A stretch of 63,994 nt of DNA, counting the filler, from Dirinaria sp. TL-2023a (Eukaryota), in NCBI GenBank assembly GCA_051941275.1. It is 6 parts of 6 records of this genome, joined end to end, with 100 filler letters (N's around TTAATTAATTAA, not from the genome) between each part and the next. Parts side by side here need not be neighbours in the genome. Positions count along the whole stretch, not along the records: positions 1 to 10,758 come from JAVEBF010000911.1; positions 10,859 to 21,611 come from JAVEBF010000912.1; 4 more parts are not named here. One strand, 5' to 3'. Positions within the stretch are counted from its first letter, which is position 1. Each line of letters starts with the position of its first letter. Positions 1-11,752 of this stretch are shown here, in pieces. The position numbers and the translations under genes were made by a program. The notes below the pieces were generated by a model. It had not been told where the DNA came from. It made no database searches and worked only from the letters and a program-made list of their open reading frames with translations.

Positions 1-603
1 TCTCTGCCCAGACAGCGAGAGCATTCGATCCTGATGCAAGCCATGCGCAAAATCCGCGAAGCGATCGTGGCCTCTGCACGCGCAGACGATTTCGCGCGGG
101 ATGCATATGTTTTCATCATTCGCGCCACGATCCATGCAAAACATATGGAATCCTATCATCCGGCGCTACTCCATCTTCTGTACCGTATCCATCCCCTGAA
201 TCCTTTACCCGCGCGTGTGTTTCTGGAGTTTGTCGGTTACTATATTTTAGATCTCGCCTGCAGGCAGGGGGACTTGGCTCAAGCTTTCGCAGTGAGGCAT
301 TTGTATTACGGCCGAGATGAGGGCATAGATGCCGTGCTCAAGGCGTTGGTCACTGGGGATTGGTGCTCATTTTGGCAGGCGAAGGAGATGGCCAACGCGA
401 ATCAGAGACGGTTGATGGAGTGGGCGGACGAGCGGGTTAGGAAACATGCACTGCAATGTCTGGGCAAAGCTTATCTGACAGCTGAGAAGACGTACGTTGA
501 AAGAGCTGCGCAGAGGTCTTGGGAAGATTTGAAAGAGTTAGATCATGTGGGATGGGAATTAAGTGGAACCAATGTGAAGATTAAACGTATCCAGCGTCGG
601 TGA
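1..603 (+). CDS. Conserved fungal protein, probable PCI-type (CSN8/PSMD8/eIF3K-like) helical domain; 5'-partial
   Basis: Frame 1 is open from base 1 to TGA at 601-603. The segments MRKIREAIVAS and HMESYHPALLHLL and the end WELSGTNVKIKR resemble a conserved Pezizomycotina family recalled from memory. The true start probably lies upstream of the window. Confidence 0.65.
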   Translation, partial: SLPRQREHSILMQAMRKIREAIVASARADDFARDAYVFIIRATIHAKHMESYHPALLHLLYRIHPLNPLPARVFLEFVGYYILDLACRQGDLAQAFAVRHLYYGRDEGIDAVLKALVTGDWCSFWQAKEMANANQRRLMEWADERVRKHALQCLGKAYLTAEKTYVERAAQRSWEDLKELDHVGWELSGTNVKIKRIQRR

Positions 604-727
604 AGGAATATTATTATATTCAACTAACGCCCGAATGCCCGAGAGTCGGGAAATTCATCGATAGTACATGCAGCGCTCACACAATAGCGGTTCTTCAGAC
701 GCTTGTGTAATGGTTCATTCTGCAATC

Positions 728-2963
728 TCACAAGCTGTCCCATTTCTGCCCGCCCATTGCCACTAAGCGGTTGAAGAGCTCTTCTCTGAGCTGAATGGCG
801 GTGACTTTCCAGACAGTCCCACTCTTGTCGGTTATCTCCAAGCCATCTGCTACCGTCCGCCCGGTGGCCCAACCCACGACTAATTTGGCCTTCCATCCCA
901 GACCGCCGATTTTCTTCAACTCACGAATGTCTTGCACAGGTATGCTAAAGGCCGCATTCTTGATCTCCGCGTCTCCAGTCCCGTCGCTGGCAGTCCTCGA
1001 GAACGATACAGAAGGTACGGTGGCAGTGGTGGAAATATATACCCAACCTTTATGGCCCTTGTAGCGGGCCTTGAAGTCCACAGGCCCAGAAACCACCTCC
1101 TCGCCCGGTTTGGGCAGAACACCGAGATGATTCTTGGCAGTGTTCGAACCGGCTTTTGCACGCACTTTATCAACACCGAATTTGGCTTCGATAGTGGTCT
1201 TTGCGCTGCCTTTGAAGAAGCCAAGTATATGCTCTCCATGCCGATGTTTTGGTTTCGCAGCCTCGACAGCCTGATCGGGCTCCTTCTGCTCATCATCGGA
1301 GCTCTTGTGGATCGCTTCATGAATCTCCTCATTAGAAGCGTCGAGTGTCAGATCATCACCATTGAGAGATTTAGGCTTGTCAGGCGGAGGCTCGTCTGAG
1401 CGTGGAGGTGGAGGTAATGGCGCCTTGTTCGCTTCGCCAATGCGAAGAAGGGTAACTGTAAGCTGGGCGTTAGTAGGCACACCCTTCAAAAGTGTACTAT
1501 GAGACGTTAGCTGAGGCTTCCAAATATTAGCCTGTATCAGGCTTACTTTCTGATTTCAAGAAGCTTTTGCCAATTTGGATAATTCTTATTCAGCCAATCA
1601 AGACCACGCCAGATCAAGGGATCACTAAAGAATGCAGCACCGAAAATGAAAGTGTTCATTTTCATGAACATCGCAGAGGTTGTTAAAAGCGATACAGCGA
1701 CGGCTGGTACCAGAACCGCTGCCAGCCTTAGTCTGGCGGCATCCTGTGGAAAAGGTGGGGTAGGGGATAACGCGCTGCAAGCATATCAGATGTGACAAAA
1801 TATTGGTTGATAGAGAGCGAAGACGTACTTTCCAAACCGCTCCCAACCATCACAGACATCGCCAAGATTACGCATGAAAGGTCTCATCTTCGTCCACATC
1901 GCTTCCTCCATCGGCTGCTTGGTCTTGTCATGATGAGGAGCTGGCTGGCCACCATTTGCAGCATTCTTCGCATCTGCACCCGAGAGAGCTACTTGCGTAG
2001 GATCAGGTACAGATTTGTCAACGGGATCTGATTCTGGATCGCCTTGGTCGTGTTTGCCCGCTGCGCTGCTAAGGGCAATGTGTCCGATCCCAGTGACAAA
2101 ATTACTGGCCTCTTGCTCGACCGCTTCTCCCTTGTGCTTTTCGGGAGCTCCTGTTGCACTATCGTGGCTGCCTAACACGCCTGCGCTCGGAGATTGTACA
2201 CCGCCCGTCTTGGAATCGACTAGAGCAAGTGGCGCCGGTGGGAATAGGTACGGACGCGAAGGCGGATAGGCGATAAGAACAATGATGGTCGTAAAGAACA
2301 AAGGAACTAAGAAATTGAAAAACCAAGCCACGAGATAAGCCTGTAGCACTTGTCAGTGCGCATCAGGAAACTTGACTGTGAGCGACATACAGCGAAGAAA
2401 GCGCTAGTGCGTCTAGGTTCTCGCCATGATCTGATACGAGCAACGTGCTTCCCCCCACCCATGAATCCGATAATGACCGTCATGTAGAGCCGCTCCAGGT
2501 TGCTCCTAAGTTTATCTGGGGAAAACTCTTCATCTTCGACAATATTGAGATCCAGCCCTCCAAGAAGCGTGGCATTCGTAGCTCTGACATGATACATTTG
2601 CTTATTGAACCGCCGAACTAGAGCCCATAATTCTTCGTTTGGAAGGCCTCCCACCAAGGGCATAGGCACGTCCTTGGGGTGCTCATTCCAGCCCAAGTCC
2701 CTGACTTCTCCACCATCATGTTCTTGTTGGGCATGGCCCTTTTCTTCGTGATCCGCATTGGCTAGAGCATGGCTATCAGAAGGAGCATCGGATGGAGACG
2801 CGCTGGATGTTGGGGTGTTGACGGCCGAAGTACTGGACGTCTGCTGTTGCACAGCGTCTGCCCGGGTGGATTCGCCCGGTGCATTCTGGGTTCGTTGCTG
2901 TTCGTTCAGCTCTGAGTCAGGTATGGGCCCGCCATCTCTGAATACGTATCCTGGCATAGGCAT
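728..2963 (-). CDS. DUF3292-family membrane protein, 4 exons (2963-2391, 2340-1829, 1774-1547, 1496-728)
   Basis: Three minus-strand ORFs join through GT-AG introns at 2341-2390, 1775-1828 and 1497-1546. Recognised motifs: LVRRFNKQMYHV, GGLDLNIVEDEEFSPDKLRSNLERLYMTV, RSWREPRRT and HDSATGAPEKHKGEAVEQEASNFV. Hydrophobic segments are present. Confidence 0.85.
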
Positions 2964-3064
2964 TGTGTCGGCTGTATGTGCTTGGACTAAGGTATGTAGG
3001 TACTCGTACCTTACATCTACCTTAGTACCTTTGCACCAAACAGGATGAAGTCAACAACGTCATT

Positions 3065-3074
3065 ATCACGTGAT
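3065..3074. promoter_or_regulatory. Perfect palindrome ATCACGTGAT (bHLH E-box, Cbf1/SREBP type)
   Basis: Lies about 100 nt upstream of the DUF3292 ATG in a divergent intergenic region. Sequence match only. Confidence 0.35.
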
Positions 3075-4679
3075 CGTTCTGGCCTGGCCTGGAAAACGAG
3101 CCTTGGGAGCCTTGGCAGCGAACTTCAGAGCACACGCTCAAGGTACATCAAACGTGTACTTTGGCTCGTTGAGATAATGTACATAAGGAGGTACTTTTGA
3201 CGCTACTATAGCGGTGAATTTCTAATTCGCCCTTGGACTACATCTGATTCGATCTCGGACTACAGACTATGTGTTCTCCGGGGTCAACCCACGGCGCTGA
3301 CACGCGCATCAAGGAAGAATGTGGTCCACTAGGTTTCTCCATGCCTGATGCACGCAATCTTCTGACGCACCGCTCTGAAAACTCTAATCCCTCCCAAAAT
3401 TACAGGCAATAATAATTCAACGGACGTGAGCACATTCTACCTTAACGCTGCATTTGATGTGATGTACTTGAATGGAAAGGGTTTGATCTCTATTCATCTG
3501 GCAACAAATGATGGCTTGAGTAGCACTGGAGGCCACTGATAAGTTGCAGGCCTCGCCATAATCACGACTGCGGGTTACCGTTGATGCGTCTACTTAGCGG
3601 CGAGGCCTTGACCAACTAGCTCCTGACGGAATCATCTACAAACTCGAGTCGACTATGGCAATTTGCCGCTCGGCACTGCCCCAGTAGTCTTAACTTGTAG
3701 CAGCATATTGGTGTATCGGGCTTTGCACTCGCCCATAGTGAGGATGTGGAGGACATGGCATGAGGTAAGGTAGGTAGCGGGGTTCTCGTAGCGCAATCTC
3801 AAGTTTTTACCTGCCTGTTTCTGCAAATGAGCAAACACGTCGACGCTGTGCTGTACTACCTCGAGAACTTGGGAACAATGATTGCACGATTGTGACAGTT
3901 AGGGAAACGTGCGATTGTGATGAAAACACTGCTCAATACAGGTATATAAGTTGTGATCTATCCCCATATACCTAAGGCATACAGTACGCTCAAAGAATAT
4001 AAAAACGCTGTCCTCTAGCGCAGAATATTTCTTCTGGACTTGGTACTTTGCGTGAGGCCATCATCCACGGAACATTTGTGATATAAAACTCGGTTGGCGC
4101 GGAAGCGTCCATGGATGGCAAGTGCCACTCGAGCCACTTCACCAGGCCTGATGCAGCGGTGATTTAATTATCCAGAGAATAGCCGGGAGAGCCGGGGCTT
4201 GGCAGCAGCAAACGCGGGAAAAACTGCGCTCCGATGCTCCCTCGCTCCATTAAATCCAGACTCCCGTCCAATTGCAGGTTTTTGCATGCATCATCCAGCT
4301 TCAGCTCTACCTTACCGGCTACCGTAACCCTCATCATTCACATCCCTGACATCCTCATCCGCGCCCGCGATCCTTCCTCACTCCATGCACCCTCCTGGCG
4401 CAGCAAGCTGAAGGCTGGATTTTCCCAAATTTAAAATGAGCCGCCTTCGAAACACCTGTACAACAACATAGTCACCACTCAGTCTCTCGTACCGAGTCAT
4501 TTGTTGCCAGTCCACCATTTGCCGGCGCGCCAACGCATTCCCCAGTCCGGCCCACTCACAATGCCATCATACAACCTTCGCCAGCGTCGATAGCACGCAA
4601 GGACCACACGCAGTGGCACGATCGTCCTGCTGCACTTTCAAATCACTGCTTCTAACTTTGCACTGAAGTAGTCAACATC

Positions 4680-7600
4680 ATGTTCTCTCGCAAAAGAGCC
4701 CACTCAAATCCGGTACGTAATTCCCCACACCTATATCGTTCGTCCATTTGCGCCAATTGCTACCTGGCACTGACCGTCATCTAGCCTCAAAGACCTAAGA
4801 CTCCCACTACTCCGACCGCTGCAGCATCAACAGCAGCGGCTCAAGCCTTTCTTGCCAATCGTGTATCAAATGCTAACCTCTCTAATGCCGCGGCGGCTGC
4901 CGCTCTTCGCTCACACACAAGTAGTCCGATACCGGTTAGTGAGATACAGACCAAACGCATGGTGCGAAGGGGGTCCGCGTCCTCTGCAGGCAGTGCAAGG
5001 CCGGAAGGCCTACAGCGGCGCGACAGCGGAGGGTCTATGACAGAGCGAACATTCAGAGATCCATCACCAAGCCGGAACACTGCGCCAGCATATTATGACA
5101 CCGATGCGCCACCTGTACCGGCACTTCCAAAAGGGTATGCGTCTCCACCACCAGTTCCAGTAAAGTCTATTCAAAGACCAGTCAGCGTCGAACCCCCAGA
5201 GCGTGTGTTATCTCCCCCTCCGCGGCTCGGTGGTCGAGGAGTAAGTCTGGACCGAGGCCCAGCAACGATGCCGAGCAGACTGAGAGAAAAAGCTCAAACA
5301 CCAGGAGCCAAATTAAAATCCGCACGAGAGGTCGATAACAGTCGAGTTAGGGATTCTATAAATTTCTCACGCCCGATGAGCCCAGCAAACTCTCCGCCCA
5401 CGTCTCCCTTCAACCAAAAACGCGTAACTTCACCAACACCGGCGCAGGTGCCAAACCCGCAACGCACGACGAATGCAGCTAATGTTGGAAGACTTCGAGA
5501 TGGGGAAGCCGAGAACATAGAATACTCGGTGCAGAAAGCCGCTGCTCCAGTCAAGAATAAGAAGAAGATAGTTCCGAAGCAAAAAGCTCAAGGGAGCCAT
5601 TTGGTTGCAGGTACAAGCGCGGGACGTGCCACTGGGACTGCAGTCCAAAGAGATGCTCAAAAGCAGCCACAGTCGGGTGATTCTACAACGTCGCCCTCAA
5701 ACACAAGGGTTCCCGAGCCTCAGGCTGGAGTTGTGCCAAAGCCATTACCGAAGAAGAAAAAGAAGAAGAAGCTCGTCGCTGTAGGTCCAATCCAAGAGGA
5801 CGCGGCTGCACCTACATACGTTTCGGATTCGGAATCTGTTGCCTCAGAGCGCAGCAGTACGTCCGACCGGTCGCGCACATATAACACCAGAGCTGCGGGT
5901 GTCCTCGCCAAACAGCCATCAATTGTACGTGAAGATAAGGAAGCTGAAGAACAAGAAGGAGACTTGGACACGACTAGGAGAACAGAGACCGAGCCATTAG
6001 CCAACGGAAGTGCGACTGCAGAAACGGCAAAGACAAAGCAAAACACCGCTAATGGGAAGCCCAAGAGCCAGAAGACATCTACATTTGCTCATGCAAAGAA
6101 GGATTCCCTTGATATACCTAGCGACGTATCGTCATCTAATGTCGAAGCAGCGACTAGCATTGCGACACCCGTAAAACGTTTATCCTTAAGCCCTGGTCGA
6201 GCGGCTCACTTTTCCGCTCAACCCATCTTTGAGTCGCCCGATGGGGTCAAGCATCAGCCACCAGCTCGTTCTGTGTCGCCCGCTAAGTCAGCTTTGAAGC
6301 ATTCGCCTTCACGCGGAGCGTCGCCTAATGTAGGCATACTTGGCAATTCAACCCAACGACGCGGTCCTGCAAGTGAAGCATCAGACACCACATCGATCGT
6401 GTCAGATGAGGGAACGAAGGGCGCACCAAAGCGAAAGAAGAGTGTACGCGTTAGCTTCGATAGCGACTCTGTGGCGGTTGGACGGGCTGCGACACCTCCA
6501 ACAGACCCGGATTCACCAGTTATAATGAGTCCCCAAAATAAAGGAGTCTCAGGAAAGAAGAAGCTAGGGTTTGGCAGAGAAAAGGCGCAGCGAACTTCGG
6601 GTACAAGCAAAGATCACGATTTTGCGATTCAGCCTACACCGGTGCTGCCATCTTTCGGTAGTGTTCGTGGCCGAAGTGAGCAAGAACCACCTACAAACAA
6701 GACTGAAACGCAACAGACGCAGACAACCTCCCAGCCTTCGACTCTTGGCTCTCCCTCGGATCAAAACGTGGGCAGCATTCTCGCCAGAGTGTTTCATGGA
6801 GACGAAAGTACAATAGCTGCAAAAAGCACAACCCCACTGGCGTCGGATGAGCCTCTACCTCCGGAAGTGACATCTGTCGAAGGTACAGGATACCACTCAG
6901 ATACAAACAGCAGTATCGATAACGACTACGGCGAAGACCAACAATTAAAAGCATCCCTACCGGCGACTGCTGCGGCGCCTACCAAAACTGCAGAAACTGA
7001 AGAGACCATGCGTTCCGTAAAGTCTCTTACTGGACCATCTGCAGAGTCACCGCAGACAGCCGAGAATACCATGGATGTTCCTTCGATTGCAGTTCAGCCA
7101 GCTAGTCCACGTCCCGAGGATGTATCCCCGACCGAGACCCAGCAAGTCAGCCACCCTTTCCAAGAGGCTCCCACGGTTACAGTTCAACCGGCTACGCCGT
7201 TACCGGAAGAACTATCCGAGGCTCGGGATGATTACTGGGTGCACTTGCCTGGCGGTTTCCCTGTGTCCACCGAGGCTTCAGATACGGAACAGCCTTCCGC
7301 ACTGTCCGTGACTGGCCATAAGCCTGCAGATTATACTCCTGCGAGTACTGGTATCACTGAGCCTAAGCACGAGCTCCAAGCCGCTACTGCTGAAACCGCT
7401 GTTGGACCACCTGTCACTGGAGTAGTAGCTGAGGCTCTGCCGTTGCAGACAGATGTCAATTCTGGAGACGAATCGGATGATACGAACAACAGCATCTACA
7501 GTGATGCAGCAGAGGACATATCTGATCTTGAAGGCGACGGGTTTGGCTCCATTAATGCTATCGTAGAAAGTCCAGCAAGTGTGCAAAAACCAGTTAGTAC

Positions 7601-9503
7601 TAGCAAGACTCCTGAGAGTCCAACCAAAGCTGGAGGCAACAAAGACCGAGTGCCGCGAAGCCCGTTAGCGAGAAATGACAGCGAACTCTCGGAGCCAGGT
7701 CCAGAAGAAGGCTGGGATAAGGCGCAAGCTTATTGGTCTGGCTTAAGCCAGAGCCGTAAAGAGCAAATCGAGCGTGCAGCGGCGCATGTGCCCGCGGAAC
7801 CATCTGCCATTCAACCCCAAACAAAGCCAAAGAAAAAAAAGAGCGTTCCGAAAAAGCCTGCTGGAAGAACGAGCCAGGTGGCGGACGCAAGTCAAGCGCC
7901 GTTGCCACCTTCACTCGAAAAGCAGGATGGTAAACCAGAACGGAAATCAACGTCAACAAAAGCGCCCGCAATGAAGAAATCTATGCGTACCTCGCCCACT
8001 GAATCAACTCAGGAGCTTGAGAAGGGACAGCCAGCGCCAATGAGGAAATCCATGCGCAGTTCGCAACCGCCTGACACTGTTGCAGGATCACGTATGGCGA
8101 TGCGGGAGAAACAGCGACCCATTTCAGCGGTTGGCGCATCCGAGTACGACAAAGCCCACCCTAAGTCTCTGATTAATGGTCATGACCGTGCGGTTTCCCT
8201 TGGCGGCGCAACAAGAGCTGCTACCAGCGTGTCGGTTCCTCCAGCGAAAAAGAAAAACTTGAAGGCAAAACCGTTAGGCCGCACTAAATCAAATGACAGC
8301 GACTCGTCAAGCAGCTTCAAGAAAGCCCGCCCGACCGCTTCGGAAAGTGGGAAGTACACGATGAGACGATCGATGCGAGGCAATTCAGTGGATGAACGTC
8401 CACAGTCAATGCATGGCCGCTCGACTTCACTGACCGCTCGCACATCCTCACCGGCAGGCAGTACCCAAAGACGGCCACTTAGCTCCGTGGGTCCTGGAAT
8501 GAGTGGCAGCATGCGCACCTCCTTGAGAGGCTCAATAGATTCAGGCAAACGAGCTAAATCTCCTTCACGCTTTCCTGGCTTTGGCAAGAGCAAGGCGAAG
8601 CCCGCAACCCCTTCAGGCCCCAAATCTCGTTTCTCCAGCCGTTTTGCTGACTCCAGCGATGAAGATGACGCACCCGTCAACCGTCGCAGTCGCTTCGCCG
8701 ATTCCAGTGATGAAGACGAGCCGGTGAATTTTACGCCCGTGAGAGGCATTCCTCGTCGTATCGACGAAGGTGACTCTACGGACCTCGAAGATAGCTCGGA
8801 CGAGAAAGCCGTTGCAAAACCCACAACCGCCCAACCGAAAAATGAAAAGCTCGAGGGTAGGGCTCTGGGCGCTGGTTCTCTACGCACCGTCCCGGAAGAG
8901 ACTGCTGCCGGCCCCAGTAGTACCCTGGGCATCGGACTACAGGGAAAACGGAACGAAGAAAAAGAGAAAAAGAAACGCTCCTTTTTCGGTGGACTTGGTA
9001 GCAAGAAAGCGCCCAAATCCGAGCCCGTCACAATACCTGCTACCCCAGCGGTACCTAAACAAGACATCATCTCGAACCAAACAGGGAAACCAACAGCCTC
9101 CACGCCGGCGACGCAGTCCCAGGCGAACCCTCCTCTCCGGCTGACCACCGACCTTTCCGCCTCGCCTCAAGCGAAGAAGAGCCCGAAACTGCAACGCCGC
9201 ATCTCGGCGCAGCAGGCCGAAAAGATCCAGATGAAGAGGGGCATGTCCGACTCCTGGCCGCTGCCCCAAAGCCCCGGCGGGGCAAGCACGCCCACTATGA
9301 GGCCGACAACCAGTGACGGAACGCCGAAGCAGAGGGTTGGACTTGGGATGTCTGGGCTCAGCAGGGAGGTCAAGGCGCAGGATGACGACGCGCGGACTGG
9401 GTTGGGGAAGAATGATCCTTTGAGCGTGGCAGGGCTGGGCGGCGGTCTGTCTGGGGAGAAACCGAAGAAGAAGGGATGGTTCAAGAAAGCCTTTGGGCGC
9501 TGA
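4680..9503 (+). CDS. Large (~1580 aa) S/P/K-rich disordered protein, eisosome scaffold Seg1-like; exons 4680-4712 and 4785-9503
   Basis: ATG at 4680 (MFSRKRAHSNP). Intron 4713-4784 (GTACGT..CTGAC..TAG) splices in frame into the 1514-aa ORF (4959-4785=174). The start MFSRKR, the LSNAAAAAALRS segment and the polybasic end KKKGWFKKAFGR resemble the termini of yeast Seg1. The gene is well supported; the family call is tentative. Confidence 0.75.
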
Positions 9504-10758
9504 AAGAACCTCCCTCCCCCCTCTCCCTCTCTCCACCCTAACAAATCAGACTGATCTTTCGATTGTCTATCTTTTACCACCATCAGCACAGTACATTACA
9601 TATTGCCTGGCGTAACTTTGGAGCTATTGCAGGGAAGGGGGGTGTTTGCACCGATATATCAACATTCGTTTTTTTGAGATTTCAGAGCGGTTCTTTTGTC
9701 CTGCGTAAAGCGTTTTTGGTATCTGATAGTTTCACAAGTTAGCAGTAGCAGTAGTAGTAAGACTTGAGGAATTTTATATTAATTAATTAATTAATTGATG
9801 TGGATCGCTACTGGGTAACTTACTTTTTTTTTTTCCCTTTAAAAGAAGAAAAAAAAAAAAAGTCAAGGATACAGTTGCCACCTTCCTCCTTCTACAACCC
9901 CGCACTGCGAGGGTGGGGTTATAGACTTGAAAGCAAAAATAGAGATAGGGGGTTATTAATCTTTTCAAAGGAAGATCGAATGTGATCAAGGCTCTGGAAT
10001 ATTTGGTTATTAATCCGAGACAACACAGGCTGTGTGCACATTATTCGGGGAAAATATGGAATGGGATTGGGATAGGGGTAGGGGATGGGATTCTTCTACT
10101 TGAGGATTGAGGATTTGGTGGGGTATCATGGCTAAGGTAAGTAAATTCTTGAATTATTTAGAATCTCGTTGATCGATGTGTATGATCCTTCAGTATTTAA
10201 TGGTGATATTGACGACAGCTGCGGAACCATCCGTCATCTTCGAATTTCCGCCTTCATGTCGTGAAGCTTCTGCACAGAGGTAGAGCTAGGTATCTGATGT
10301 GATGGAGAAGAGGAGATCTTGATATCAGACTAAGAAGCTTGTTAAAAAGGTGGCTGGGCCTAGTTAGGGGATGATTGGTTGTCGGTGGGCTCTTGTCGGC
10401 TTCGGAATGTGGTCTGGGGCAATGGATTGAGTCTTTGGGCGGTGGATCTGAATGGTCCATACCCGTGTTTGTTGTTTCTGAGTACTGATACTCTGCTACG
10501 TGCTGGAATATGTATGAGGGTGAAGGCTGCACTTGGGCCCCGTTGGATGAAGCTGTGCTCAAGTTCCTGATCGGATTGTTGCATTGCTGCAGGAGTCAAG
10601 GGCTGGCCTACTACATGCTTTGCCGCTAGTTAGGTGCTCAAATAGGCCATCCCGTGGTTGAATGTGGCGATAGACTAGAACGTTCCGAAATTTTGCGTTG
10701 ACTCGCTGTTCGGTATCGTTTTCAGAGACCCAGGGTTTTAGTTGACCGTTGTTATATA

Positions 10759-10858
10759 NNNNNNNNNNNNNNNNNNNNNNNNNNNNNNNNNNNNNNNNNN
10801 NNTTAATTAATTAANNNNNNNNNNNNNNNNNNNNNNNNNNNNNNNNNNNNNNNNNNNN
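10759..10858. other. Artificial contig spacer N44-TTAATTAATTAA-N44 (stops in six frames)
   Basis: The same 100-nt structure occurs five times in the window. Confidence 0.98.
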
Positions 10859-11752
10859 ACCTTAACTGTCCTGTCCTGTACGAGTACAGTAAAGAGGTAG
10901 GTAGGTAGTCAGTAGTATACCTCACCTCACCTACTCCCGTAGTGACCCCAACTCGATCGTCACCCACTAGTCCCCCTCCACCGACGTCCGTGCCCTTGGA
11001 ACTAACGAATTATTATTCACTTGCTTACCCCACATTCACAGTTAATCCATGACTATCACTGCCGACCCATCCTTGACCCCAAAATAAAAGAGAAGCTAGA
11101 GTGAGATCAGCTAAATCAGGATCTAATAGACGCGCTCGAGTCAAAGGCCATCCGACGCCTCTCTTGCGACGAAATATGCCCGGGAAGCATACGACGATTC
11201 CACCTTCGCCTTCCAACACCCAGATACTGGACAGATCCAGATCTAATCTACGGATATCGTCCACCGCTTCAAGCAAAGCGTCTGCGAGCTTACTGGCGTC
11301 AACGTCAAAGCTCTTCCTCCCAATTCGCAGGCTTCTCCTTTCGCTTGCGTGGGACCCGGGACAGGCACACCACACACGCCCCGTTGCGCGGTGCCCTTGC
11401 ATCTTGGATATTCTGCACCCTCCGGACCAGGACCACCTTCCCCGTTCCGAAGTCGGCTCGTCCGTTGGTCCTGCCACTGCTGCCAGTCCTCGCTGCTAAG
11501 CCAAACGTCGACCCATGCGGCGTGATAGCGACTTCGCTTCAGCAAGGCCGCCAGCGACGCTTGAGGGTCCGGGGCTTATATGCGCTTCGTGAAGCCTGTG
11601 CGCGACCATCGGAGCTTTGACTCGCGTGGCTTCCACCCATTACATCAGACAATCCTCGCGGCCTTTGGAAAGAAGCAGTGTTCGACCCCATACTTTCGTC
11701 CTTTCCTTGGACCCCAACCCGGCTGAGGCGAACCTCTTTCGGCACCGATACC

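Noticed and set aside
8180..9148. 322-aa antisense ORF and the many other ORFs nested in large genes
   Set aside because: These are shadow frames of real GC-balanced coding sequence with no recognisable motifs.
9779..9796. TTAATTAATTAATTAATT resembling the linker core
   Set aside because: It has no flanking Ns and more units than the linker. It is most simply a natural (TTAA)n microsatellite in a 3' region.
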